A stretch of DNA of 64,000 nt. Origin: Squalus acanthias. Lineage: Eukaryota. Positions 27,063 through 39,125 of this stretch are shown piece by piece. Both the position numbers and the translations under genes were made by a program. The stretch covers positions 4,342,001-4,406,000 of the forward strand of contig JASTWF010000033.1 of NCBI GenBank assembly GCA_030390025.1. Reading direction: 5' to 3'. The notes under the pieces were generated by a model. That model was not told the origin of the DNA, searched no databases, and worked only from the letters and a program-made list of their open reading frames with translations. Numbering within the stretch: the stretch's first letter is position 1; each line of letters opens with the position of its first letter.

Positions 27063-27800
27063 CCAAAGGGTGTGCAGAAACAGATGGACCCGGGGGTACA
27101 TGTACAAAATCGATGAAGGTGGCAGGGCAGGTAGAGAAAGCGGTTAATAATGCTCACGGGAATCTGAGCTTTATAAATAGAGGAATAGAATACACAAGCG
27201 AGGAAGTTATGATAAATATTTATAAACATTGGTTAGGCCACAACTGGAGTAGTGTGTCCAATTCTGGGCACCGCACTTTAAGAAGGGGATGAAAGCTTTA
27301 GAGAGGGTGCAGAAAAGATTCACAAGAATGGTTCCAGGGATGAGGGACTTCAGTTACGTAGTTATACTAGAGAAGCTGGGGTTGTTCTCATTAGAGCAGA
27401 GAAGATTGAGAGGAGATTTGATAGAGGTGATCAAAATCATCAGGGGTCTAGACAGTGTAGACAGAGTAGATAGAGAGAAGCTGTTCCCATTGGTAGAACG
27501 GTCGAGAAACAGAGGATACAGGTTTTAGGTGATGTGCTGAAGATGCAAAGGCGACATGAAGAAAATCTTTTTAAGGCAGTGAGTGGTTATGATCTGGAAT
27601 GCACTGTTTGAATGGGTGGTGGAGGCAGATTCAATCGTGGCTTTCAAAAGAGAATGGGATATGTACCTGAAGGAAAATAATCGCAGGGCTATGGCGAAAG
27701 GGCGGGGGATTGGGATTAGCTGCAGTGCATGTGCAGAGAGTGAGCTCGGGATCGACGGGCCCGGATGGCCTCCTTCTGTGCAGTATCCATTCTATGATTG
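27063..27800 (+). mobile_element. CR1 3' fragment
   Basis: LERVQKRFTRMVPGM...LEQRRLRGDLIEV. Confidence 0.88.
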
Positions 27801-27974
27801 CCTTTTGGAATAACTGCTGAATACTCGTTATTATATTTTTGTTTCTAGATGTTTTTCTGTTACATTTTTGAGTAAGGATTCCATTATATTTCCTAGCATC
27901 GACGTTTTTCTAACTGGCCTGTAGATCGTTGGAATTGTTCTATCTTCCATTTTAAATACAGGAATAACATGTAA

Positions 27975-29782
27975 ATGGTGAACCACAGTGGTCTTCCCAT
28001 CACTTCCTTGACTTCTCGATCTCCATTTCAGGGTTTAGGCTGTCCACCAATATCTACTATGATCCCACCAACTCCCACAGGAATCTTGAGTAGACTTCCT
28101 CCCACCCAGCTTCCTGGACGGGCTCTATTCTATTCTCAAAGTTTCTCCGCCACCGTTGCATACGTTCTGACGATGCCACCTTGCACATCAGTGCTTCCGA
28201 AATCTCTTCATATTTTCTCAGCCGAGTATTCACCTCCATTGTGATTGACAGGGCCCTCGACCGTGTCAATCCTACATTGCTCCCGTCACCACTTGCCCTC
28301 CCGGCTGGAACCCAGATAGGGTTTCCTTTGTCCTCAGCTTCCAGTGCACCAGCCTTCACATTCAACGGATTATCCTCTGCCATGTCCGTCATGTCCAGCT
28401 AAGGCCACCAACAAACATCCCATCCCCCGGCTCTCGCAACACCCTGATCCACTCTTCCGTCACCCCTAACATCTGCTCCCCTTCCCTGGCACCTTCCTAT
28501 GCAAGTGCAGGAGATGCAACGGCTGCCATTTGCCCCTTTTCCATCCCAAGAGTCAGGGCCCCAAACAGTCCATCCACGTGAAGACTAATTTACTTCTACT
28601 TCTTCCAATTCAGTATATCGTATTCGCTGCCCACGATCCAGTCTCTTGTACATTGGGTGGACTAAACGCAGATTGAGTAATTGCTTCGCTGAACGCCTCC
28701 GTTCAGTCCGCAAGTGTGATCCTGAGCTTCAGGTCACTTGCCACTTTAATTCTACACTCCCACTCCCACTCTGAACTCACTGTTCTCGGCATCCTGCACT
28801 ATTCCCCTTTTAAACTCAATGAGGAACAGCACCGTATTTTTCGGTTAGGCAGTTTATTGCCTTCCGGACACAACACTAAGTATAAATGCTTCAGATTATA
28901 ACCTCCACTCCCGTTTTCTCGAACGACATGCGCTGGCAATGGAAGATGGTTCCACAGAGCCACTGGGCGTGGAGGAGCTGTGGGCTGGGGTTTTGTGCTG
29001 TCCAACCCGGTACACCGCTAGCGGACTGGTCCAAACATCTGGGGTGTACCCAGCTTTTTTTTTAATTCGTTCTTGGGATGTGGGCGTCGCTGGCAAGGCC
29101 GACATTTATTGCCCATCCCTAATTACCCTCGAGAAGGTGGGCTATTTCAGAGGGCAGTTAAGACTCAATCACCTTGCTGTGGGTCTGGAGACACATATAG
29201 GCCAGACCGATTAAGGACGGCAGATTTCCTTCTTCTAAAGGGCATTAGTGAACCTGATGAGTGTTTACGACAATCCGCCAGTTTTATTGTTACCATTACT
29301 AATACTAGTTTTTAAATTCCAGATTATTTTAATTGAATTTTAATTCCACAACTGCTTGTGGTGGGATTTGAACTCTTGTCTCGTATTATTAGTCTAAGCC
29401 GCTGGATTACTAATCCAGTAACATAGCCACTATGCTACCGTATCCGCATCTCTGCCGCATGTGCCCTACTACCCCTCCCCCTTGTTATTCTGCTGTACCC
29501 ATTTACACCTCCTCTCGACCCATCTTCTGTTTCTTTAATTGTCCCATTCGCCTTGCACCATCATCCCTTTTGTCATTGAATCACTCCTGCCCTCCAGCCA
29601 ATCATAGACTTTGTTCTTTCCTTATGCAACCGCACTTTTCTCTGACTCTATCATTGCTTTAATACTATTAATCTCTGATATCTTCCAGTTCTGATGAAAG
29701 GTCATCGACCTCAAATGTTAACTCTGTTTCTATCTGCAAAGATGCTGCCTGACCGGCTGAGGGTTTTCAGCATTGTTTTTCT
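27975..29782 (+). mobile_element. Degraded Penelope-like element (RT C-terminus, GIY-YIG endonuclease, 3' pLTR), interrupted by a SINE
   Basis: ~28600-28710 reads SSNSVYRIRCPRSSLLYIGWTKRRLSNCFAERL (GIY-YIG-like); pLTR with hammerhead-like CTGATGAAAGGTCATCGACCTCAAA at ~29691. Confidence 0.8.
29055..29445 (-). mobile_element. tRNA-derived Deu-domain SINE (SacSINE1-like)
   Basis: Minus strand: A-box-like GGTAGCATAGTGG, B-box GTTCAAATCC, core GGAAATCTGCCGTCCTTA...GGCCTATATGTG, LINE-derived tail, poly(A). Confidence 0.8.
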
Positions 29783-29784
29783 TA

Positions 29785-32527
29785 ATTAAATTAAATCTAC
29801 TATTAAGTCAAAGGAAGAAGCTTATAAAGTTGCCAGAAAAAGCGGTCAGCCTGAGTAATGGGATCTTTTTAGAAATCAGCTAAGGGAGACCAAGAAATTG
29901 ATAAAGAAATGGGAAATGGAATACGAGCACAAACTAGCGAAAAATGTATAAACGGATTGTTAAAGCTTCTATAGGTATGTGAAACATAGAAACATAGAAG
30001 ATAGGATCAGGAGTAGGCCATTCGGCCCTTGTAGCCTGCTCCGCCATTCAATGCGATCATGGCTGATCATCCAAATTCAGAACCCTGTCCCTGCTTTCTC
30101 CCCATATCCCTTGATCCCTTTAGCCTTAAGAAATATATCCAACTCCTTCTTGAATATATGTAATTAATTGGCCTCTACTGCCTTCTGTGGTAGAGAATTC
30201 CACTGGTTCACCAATCTCTGGGTAAAGAAATTCCTCCTCATTTCTGTCTTAAATTGCTTACCCCTTATCCATAGACTGTGACCACTGGCTCTGGACTCTC
30301 CGACCATCGGGAACATTCTTCCTGCATCTAGTCTGTCCAGACCTGTCAGAATTTTATATGTTTCAATGAGATCCCCTCTCATTCCTCTAAACTCCAGCGA
30401 GTATAAGCCCAATCGAACCAATCTCTCATCATACGTCATTCCGGCCATCCCCGGTATCAGCCTGGTGAATCTTCGCTGAACTCCTTGCATGGCACGAACA
30501 TCCTTCCTCAGATAAGGCGACCAAAACTGCACACAATACTCAAGATGTGATCTCACCAAGGCCCTGTACAACTGCAGCAAGACATCCTTGTTGCTGTACT
30601 GAAACCCTCTCGCTACGAAGTCCAACATACCATTTGCCTTCTTAACCGCCTGCTGCACCTGCATGCTTACCTTCAGCGACTGGTGCACAAGGACACCCAG
30701 GTCTCGTTGCACTGGCGAAGATAAATGTCGATCCGTTACAGTCAGAGACGGGATAATTTATAATGGGGAATGAGGAAATGACAAATAAAATTAAATAAAT
30801 ACTTTGTTTCTGTCTTCACGGAGGAAGACACAAAAAACCTCCTAGAAATACGAGAAAACCAAGAGTGTGGCGAGAATGAGGAACTTAAAGAAATTATTAT
30901 TACTAAAAAAACAGGACTAGCAAAAGTAATGAGACAGAAAGTTGATAAATCTCAAGGACAGGATGACCAACATCCTAGAGTTTTGAAAGAGGTGGCCATT
31001 GGGATAGTGGACGCATTGGCTGTCATCTTCCAAAATTCTATAGATTCTGGAACGGTTCCTGCAGATTGGAGGAGAGCAAATGTAACTCTGCTCTTTAAGA
31101 AAGGAGGGAGAGAGAAATCGGGGAACTAGAGGCCTGTTAGTCTCGCATCAGTAGTTGCGAAAATGCTGGAATCTATTATAAAGGATGCAATAACTGGGCA
31201 CTTAGAAACTAATAGTAAGATTGGGCAGAGTTAACATGGATTTATTAAAAGGAAGTCCTTTTTGACAAACCTATTGGATTTCTTTGAGGATGTAACTAGT
31301 GGATTAGACAAAGGGGAACTGGTAGATGTGGTGTATTTCGATTTTCAGACGGCCTTCGATCAGGGCCCACACAAGGGGCTGGTGAACAAAATTACGGCAC
31401 ATGGACTTGGGGGTAATATAATAGCATGGATTGAGAATTGGTTACAGACAGAAAACAAAGAGTAGGGATACACGGGTCTTTTTCAGGATGGCAGGCTGTG
31501 ACTAATGGGGTACCGCAAGGATCGGTGCTTTGGCCTCAGCTATTCACAATCTATATCAATGATTTGTATGAGGGGACTTAATGTAACATTTCCAAATTTG
31601 CTGATGACACAAATTTCGCTGGCAGTGCCAGTTGCGAAATGGATGTGAAGAGGCTTCAAGGGGATCTCGAGAGGCTCAGTGAGTGGGCGAGATCATGGCA
31701 GATGGAATATAATGTAGATAAGTGTGAAGTTATCCACTTTGGTAGAAAAAACAGAAAGGCAGTGTATTTCCTAAATGGTGAAACATTGGGGAATACAGAT
31801 GCTCAAAGGGCGCTGGGTGTCCTTGTACATGAATTACTGAAATTGAATTTGCAGGTGCAGCAAGCCATTAGAAAGGCAAATTGTATGCTGGTTGTCATTA
31901 CAAGAGGATTTGACTACCGGAGAAAAGAAGTCTTACTCCAATTATGTAGGGTCTTCGTGATGCCACATCTGGATTACTGTGTACAATTTTGGTCTCCTTT
32001 CCTAAGGAAGGATATACTTGCCACAGAGGAAGTGCAACGAAGGTTCACGAGATTGATTCCTGGGATGGCGGGACTGTCGTATGAGAAGAGATTGAGTAAA
32101 CTAGGCCTGTATTCTCTTGAATTCAGAAGAAAGAGAAGCGATCTCATTGAAGCATACAAAATTATTGCAGGGCTTGATAGGATGGATACTGGGAGAATGT
32201 TTCCCTTGGCTGGGGAGTCTAGAACCAGGGGCCACAGCCTCAGGATAAAGGGTAGGCCATTCAGGACTAAGATGAGAAGACATTTCTTCAAACAGAGGGT
32301 GGTGAATCTTTGCAATTCTCTACCCCAGAGGGCTGTGGAGGCTCAGTCATTGGGTATATTCAAAACAGAAGTCGATAGATTTCTGACTAGTAAGGGCATC
32401 AATTTGGCAATTGGGCCGGTGAATGGAATTGAGGCAGAAGATCAGCCATAATCTCATTGAATGGCAGAGCTGGCTCGAAGGGCCGAACGGCCTACTCCTG
32501 CTCCGATTACTTATGTTCTTATGTTCT
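29785..32527 (+). mobile_element. CR1 LINE (ORF2 part), interrupted by an antisense CR1
   Basis: FKKGGREKSGN, YFDFQTAFD, HLDYCVQFWSP; (TTCTTATG)n tail. Confidence 0.92.
29984..30713 (-). mobile_element. Nested CR1 3' fragment
   Basis: ORF 30164-30712 HLEYCVQFWSPYLRKD; (CATAGAAA)n tail. Confidence 0.92.
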
Positions 32528-32867
32528 TAACCGATATACAGCAGCCTCAGTATTTTGCATTTGGTCATATACTTCCGCCTGGATATTAAGAGAGGCGGGT
32601 TATGTACGATGGCCGGAGGGTACGGGGTGGATACAGAATATCAGACAGGATACCTGGAAGTCCAGGTATTCCCGGACGTTGGCGTGTCTTAACTCCACAG
32701 CGTACGTCCTTTCTCCTTGACTGGTTCCCCACCCGGTAAGTCAGCCTGATTGACAGTCGGGCTGCCAGTCAGACAGGGTGGGGGGACTCCGGAGCAGGAC
32801 CAGGTAGATCCGATGGACGAAAGTGGGTTGGATGGGGCGTCTGATAACGCGGTGTGTCCGATCACGG

Positions 32868-33360
32868 ACTCGGGGGTTTGACCAGTCCAGGAGGTTTAAC
32901 CGGTCCCGGGGGGTTTGACTGGTCCCGGGGGTTTGACCGGTCCCGGGGGTTTGACCAGTCCCGGGGGTGTGACCGGTCCCGGGGGTTTGACCGGTCCCGG
33001 GGGTGTGACCGTTCCCGGGGGGTTTGACCGGTCCCGGGGGTGTGACTGGTCCCGGGGGTTTGACCGGTCCCGGGGGTGTGACTGGTCCCGGGGGTGTGAC
33101 TGGTCACGGGGGGTTTGAACGGTCCCGGGGGTTTGACCAGTCCCTGGGGTGTGACCGGTGCCGGGGGTTTGACCGGTCCCGGGGGTGTGACCGTTCCCGG
33201 GGGGTTTGACCGGTCCCGGGTAAGTGACTGGTCCCGGGGGTTTGACCGGTCCCGGGGGTGTGACTGGTCCCGGGGGTGTGACTGGTCACGGGGGGTTTGA
33301 CCGGTCCCGGGGGTTTGACCGGTCCTGGGGGTTTGACCGGTCCCGGGGGGTTCGACCGCT
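32868..33360. repeat. GC-rich ~20-bp tandem repeat (GGGTTTGACCGGTCCCGGG / GGTGTGACCGGTCCCGGG) within a GC-rich repeat-like segment ending GTTAAAATCCAGCCC at ~33717
   Basis: Direct periodicity. Confidence 0.9.
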
Positions 33361-34257
33361 CCTGGGTGTTTGTCCAATCCCCAGTCTTAGGGATGTCCGA
33401 ACCCGACCCCAGGATTCTATCGTTGGGGTGCTCGGGCAGTGGGTAGAGCTTGCGGGGTGGGGCTGACATCATTCCCGAGGCCCAGGAAGCCCAGCCAGTC
33501 GTAGTTAAACCTGTAAAACAGGTTAAACCAGAGCTTGCCCGCCTCATTAAAATATTTCACTTGCCAACCCGCCTCCTGGGAGCGGTTCGCTGCCCGCACC
33601 CTGTCCCATCTCCGTTAAACTCGGAAGCGGGCGGGTTGGGTTCGGGAGAATATTGTTCAATTTTCACCTCAGACCCGAACTCAACCCGCCGGTTTTTGCG
33701 GTGTTAAAATCCAGCCCTACTGCCTGGGTTCAGACACTGAGAATGTTTGATCAGTAATTTCCAGTCTCTTTTCCCTTCTGTGTTTTACAGTGAATTTGCT
33801 GGCGATTGTGATCCTGTCCCGGGGAAAGTGCGGGCTCTCCACCTGCACCACCCGCTACCTGGTGGGCATGGCAGCGGCGGATCTCCTGGCCATTGTCATT
33901 GAGGTCATACTGAGGAGGATTAGAATGTATTATTTCCCATGGTCTTTCCTGGGCATCACCCCTGTGTGTAGTGTTCTCGTTGTCCTGTCCTGTGCAGCCA
34001 CAGACTGTTCTGTCTGGTTCACTGTCACTTTCACCTTTGATCGATTTGTGGCCATTTGTTGCCAGAAGCTGAAAACTAAATATTGCACCGTGAAAACTGC
34101 GGCTGTGGTTCTGGCAACAAGCTGCATTCTGCTCTCTTTAAAAAACGTTCCCTTCTACTTTATATATCATGATGTGGAGATGCCGGCGTTGGACTGGGGT
34201 GGACAAAAATGAGAAGTCACACAACACCAGGTTATAGTCCAACAGATTTATTTAATT

Positions 34258-34296
34258 TTACAAGCTTTCGAAGCAGTTTGCTCCTTCGTCAGGTAA
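34258..34296 (-). ncRNA. Minimal hammerhead ribozyme motif, identical antisense copy
   Basis: Exact reverse complement of 34771-34809. Confidence 0.7.
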
Positions 34297-34770
34297 GTTA
34301 GCAATGAGAGAATCTCCCAGAATTCACAATTTAAACCCAGACAACATCTATTCACATTATTCCCTACAACAAAGAGCACAGCCAAGACAATGAGATGTGT
34401 CCCAGGGGGTCCAACGTGTCAAACCACCTGCTGGCTGCATATCCTGTCAATTTGTGTTCTTGTGTTAAGTCTTTTTTTTAAAAAAAAACCCTGGGAAGAC
34501 CGGCCATGATGTCAAGTCACGTTCTGTATCGCGACATGAACCCGATATCGCGATTGAGGCCATCCTCATGAGTGCGGAACTTGGCTATCAGTTTCTGCTC
34601 TATGATTTTGCGCTGTCGTGTATCTCGAAGGCCGCCTTGGAGAACGCTTACCCGCAGATCCGAGGCTGAATGCCCCTGGCTGCTGAAGTGCTCTTTGTTG
34701 TAGGGAATAATGTGAATAGATTTTGTCTGGGTTTAAATTGTGAATTCTAGGAGATTCTCTCATTGCTAAC

Positions 34771-34809
34771 TTACCTGACGAAGGAGCAAACTGCTTCGAA
34801 AGCTTGTAA
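34771..34809 (+). ncRNA. Minimal hammerhead ribozyme motif (PLE type)
   Basis: TTAC-CTGACGA-A-GGAGC(AAACT)GCTTC-GAAA-GCTT-GTAA: core, stem II, palindromic AAGCTT stem III, TTAC/GTAA stem I. Confidence 0.7.
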
Positions 34810-35729
34810 AATTAAATAAATCTGTTGGACTATAACCTGGTGTTGTGCGACTTTATATATCAACCCAGGAGGATAATCGACAATGTGCCGTGGTTCTGTG
34901 CCGCAATCCCGAGCTTTCGTACTGAGCCCGGGTGGGTGGGATTTGACTGGCTTAATACGGTTTTAACCCCATTGCTCCCATTCGCTTTAATTCTGTTGCT
35001 CAACGCTCTGACAGTCAGACACATTTTCGTGGCCAGTCGGGTCCGTAAGGGACTGAGGGGTGAGAGCAAGGGAGAGAATGGCAGTGACCCAGTGATGGAG
35101 AGCAGAAGGAAGTCTGTGATTTTACTCTTCACCATTTCAGCTAGCTTCATACTGCTGTGGCTGCTTTATGTTTTAGTTTTCTTATATTATACCATTACAG
35201 GAACCATTTATTACACTGATTCATTACTTATCTTTCAACGAGTCGGATTTATGCTGCGGAATTTAAATTGCTGCACAAACACATTTATTTACGGGGTGAC
35301 CCAGTCCAAGTTCAGAGAGCATGTGAAGAGGGCGGTGAAATATCCGCTTACCACAATTATTCAAATCATTAATAATCAGAAACAACTAAGTGCACCCCAG
35401 AGGCGGATCCCAGTGTTTCCAGCCCAGGAATGTAAAATTCAGCCCCAGACTGCCATCCACTGAATTACACCAGCAAACGCTGGAGATCTGAAGATACAGC
35501 CAGCGGCGGGGTGAGCACTGTGTTTAGGACTCGGCACTGTTTCTGACTGACATTTCCCACATTGTCTTTCGGGACAGGACCATTAGTTTACTGCTTTCAC
35601 TCTGAGCTCTTCTGTAAAGAGTCCCTGCAGCTATTGAGGGCAGCAACTCATTCGTAGCTTCCAGATTAAGAGCCTGGTCAGTAGGTAGGCAGACAGAGCT
35701 GAGCTGCCGTTCAGAGGATTATATTACAT

Positions 35730-38700
35730 GGAATATACAGCACACAAACAGGCCATTCGGCCGAATCAGTCTGTGCTGGTGTTTATGCTCCAGACCAGTC
35801 TCCTCTCATTGCATCGACCTCATCTCAGCCGCTCAGAATATCTTTCTATTCCTCTTTCTAGCATTTACTCATCATGTTTGATTCTGAAAGTATCTAAAGT
35901 ATTTTGCTCAACCACTTCCTGTGCGAGTTTGTTCCAAATTCTAACCACTCTCTGAGTAAAGAAATTCCTCCTTATTTCCCTATTGAATTTATTAGTAACT
36001 ATCTTGTATTTATGACCCCAAGTGTTGCATTCTCCCACAAGTGGAAACATTCTCTCCACATCTACCCTGTACAACCCATTCTTAATTTAAAGATCTCTAT
36101 CAGGCCTCATCACAGTCCTCTCTCTTCAATAGCAGAAAGGTCCAACCTGTTTAATCTTTTCCGATAGCTGCAATCTTTCAGTTCTGTTGCCATCCAACTA
36201 AATATTTGTAAGACCGAAGCTATTGGCCCACTTCACAAAGTCCGTTGCCTAAACACCGACTCCATCCCTCTCCTTAGCACCAGTTTGCTGTTTGCAACCT
36301 TGGTGTCGTATTTGACCACGGGATGATCTTCCGACCGGAGATTCACTCCATCACCAGGACTGCTCACCTCCACCTCCGTAACATCGCCAAACTTCGCCCC
36401 TGCCTCAGCTCATCTGCTGCTCAAACCATCATCCATGCCTTTGGTAGCTCTAGACTTGATAACACCAACTCTCTCTTGGCCGGCTTCCCATCTCCCACCC
36501 TGCATAACTTGAGTTCATCCAAAGCTGTGCTGCCCGTCACCTAACCCACACCAAATCCCGGTAAACCACCACCCCTGTGCTCGCTGACCTACAGTGACTC
36601 CCGTTCCGGCAATGTCTCAATTTAAAAATTATCTACCTTGCTTTCAAATCCCTACATGGCCTCGCCCTCCCTACCTCTGCAAGCTCCACCAGCCCCACAA
36701 CACTCCCGAGATCTCTGTGTTCCTCTAATTCTGGCCTCTTGCACATCCCCCATTGTAACCGCTCCACCATTGGCGGCTGTGCTTTCAGCTGCCTGGGCCC
36801 TAAGCTCAGGAATTCACCTCCCTAAACCTCTCTGCTTCTCCAAATCTCCCTCCTCCTTTATGATGCTGCTGAAAACTTACCTCTTTGACTAAGCTTTTGG
36901 CATCTTTCCTAATATCTCCTTATGTGGCTCAGGATCAGGTGTTGTTCAGTAACGCTCCCTGAATCGCTTGGGTCATTTTACTATGTTAAAGGCGCTATAT
37001 AAATACAAGAAGTTGATGTTGTAAGTATTTTTTGCACTTTCTCCAGTTCTTCTTTGACCTTTTTATATTATGGAGACCATAACTATACACAGTTCTCTAA
37101 GTGTGAGCCGACCCCGGTCCTATACATGTTTAATACAATTTACAAAGTATTTACAGCACAGAGACATGCCATTCGACTCAAAATGTTCATGTTGGTGTCC
37201 ATGCTCCACACGACCCTCCACCCACCCTCCTTCATCTAACCCAGTAAAAATATCGTTCTATTCCTTTCCCCCTCATGTGCTTGTCTCGCTACCCCTTAAA
37301 TGTGTCTGTGCTATTCGCATCAACTACTCCTCGTGGTAGCGAGTTCCACATTCTGACCACTCATTTGGTAAAAAGGTTTCTATTAAATTCCCCTATTAGA
37401 TTTATTAATGACTATCTTAAATCTATGACCCCAAGTTCTAGTCTCTCCTGAAAGTGGAAACACCTTCCGTAATCTGCCCTATGAAACCCTTTCATTAATC
37501 TCAAAGAACTCTATCTGATCATCCCTCAGACTTCACTTTCCAAAAGGAAAGAGCCCCAGCCTCTTCAGTCTTTCCTGACAGGTATAACCTCTCAGTTCTG
37601 GTATCATTCTAGTAAATACTCTTTGTACCTTCGCCAGATCCTCTATGTCCTTTTTTAAGATGGAGACCATGTTCGCAGTACACCAAGTGTGGTCTAACCA
37701 AGGTTCCACACAGGTTCAACATCACTTCTATTCTTTACAATTCCATCCCTCTAGAAATGAACCCCAGTGCTTTCTTTGTTTTTATGGCCTCATCAACCTG
37801 CATTGCAACTTTTAGTGATTTATGTAACTGTACCCTCACATCCCTCTGTCCCTCAACCCCGTTTAGAACTTATTTTCCAAAGAGTATGCGAACTCCGTAT
37901 TCTTCCTATTAAAATGCACTACCTCGCATTTCTCTATATTGAGGTTCATTTGCCAGTTACACGCCCATTTTGCCAGTTTAATAACGTCCTCCTGTATTTT
38001 GTCGCAGTCCTCCTCTATATTAAGTATAAACCCCCATTTAGGTGGCATCCATAATGTTTGAAATTGCACTTCCGATTCCTGAGTCCTAATTGTTTAAGTA
38101 AATGGTGAACAAAAGTGTTGCCAGCACCGATCCTTGTGAAACACCACTTCTCCCCATTGGCCAACTTCACTTCTTTTGAATTCTATTTCCTTAGAAATAA
38201 ACCCCAATTCATTGATAGCATTTTAATTGTTTTGCTGTCCTGAGATACTGCATTTAATTATTTGTTCACCTGTAGCCCGAGAGCCCTTTACTCTTCTGCC
38301 ACGTTCAGTTTCTTATTTTCTAAGGTATCGGTGATTATAGAATCATGGAATGATACAGCACAGAAGGAGGCCATTCAGCCCACCGTACCTGTGCCGGCTG
38401 TTTGGTACAGCTGTCCAATTAATACCACTCCTCTCCTCTTTCCCCAGTATTTTTTATTATCTCAACTATTTTTCCAAATCCCCTTTGAAAGTTACTATTG
38501 AATCTGCTTCCACGACCCTTTCAGGCAGCACATTCCAGATCACAACAACTCGCTGTGTAAAAGAAAATCCTCCTCATGTTGTCTTCGGTTCTTTTGCCAA
38601 TCACATTAAATCTGTGTCATCTGGTTACCGACCCCACTGCCACTGGAAACAGTTGCTCTTCAATTACTCTATTAAATCTATTTAGGCTTTTGAACCCCTC

Positions 38701-39125
38701 TATCAAATCTCTTCTTAAACTTCTCTGCTGTAATCAGAACAACCCCAGCTTCTCCAGTCTCTCCACATAACTGAAGTCCCTTGTCTCTGGTACCATTCTA
38801 GTAAATCTCTTCTGCACACGCTGCAAGGCCTTGACATTATCCTAAAGTGTGGTGTCCAGAATTGGACACAATGCTCCTGCTGAAACCTAATCAGTGCTTT
38901 ATAATGTTTTCGCATAACTTCCTTGCTTTTGTACTCTACTGTTTATTAATAAAGCGAAGGATCCCTTATGCTTTATTAACATACTTCTCAAATTGTCCGG
39001 CCGCCTTCAAAGATTAGTGTACATACATGCTTTATCCCTCTGTTCCTGCACTCCCCTTATAGTTACACCATTGAGATCACATTGCCTCTTCTCATTTTTC
39101 ACTTCACAATTCTCTGTGTTAAATA
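35730..39125 (-). mobile_element. Cluster of old nested CR1 3' fragments
   Basis: RRNFFTQRVVRIWN, KWACNWQMNLNIEKCEVVHF, EHCVQFWTPHF; several CR1 tails. Confidence 0.75.
36205..37022 (+). mobile_element. L2-clade LINE 3' fragment nested in CR1
   Basis: RTAHLHLRNIAKLRPCLS...IHAFGSSRLDNTNSLLAG, LKTYLF; 3' end AAAGGCGCTATATAAATACAAG. Confidence 0.85.

Larger units (their letters stand above)
34170..34849 (-). mobile_element. 5'-truncated Penelope-like element with inverted pLTR
   Basis: Minus strand 34690-34517 encodes HFSSQGHSASDLRVSVLQGGLRDTRQRKIIEQKLIAKFRTHEDGLNRDIGFMSRYRT* (GIY-YIG C-terminus); ~165-bp inverted repeats (~34214-34379 / ~34688-34853); TSD ACTTTATATATCA at 34157-34169 and 34850-34862. 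Confidence 0.9.
23703..35463 (+). pseudogene. GPR139/GPR142-like class A GPCR. Exon 1 23703-23769, intron 23770-33790, exon 2 33791-34169 plus 34863-35463; 348 aa if the insertion is removed; disrupted by a PLE
   Basis: MHRPIQHMEKICYMIIAVIGVP-V-NLLAIVILSRGKCGLS via G|GTAAGT and TTTTACAG| phase-1 splice; MAAADLL (TM2), TFDRFVAIC (TM3), LTPLLPF (TM5), NCCTNTFIY (TM7); the insertion adds a TGA at 34210-34212. Confidence 0.88.

Noticed and set aside
29345..29445. tRNA gene
   Set aside because: tRNA-derived head of a SINE; no full cloverleaf
32862..33547. Pro/Gly-rich collagen-like ORFs
   Set aside because: GC-rich ~20-bp tandem repeat open in most frames
34170..34849. PLE insert acting as a new intron that rescues the GPCR (donor-like AG|GTAAGT at ~34293)
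   Set aside because: In-frame TGA at 34210 precedes that donor and no convincing acceptor lies at the right end
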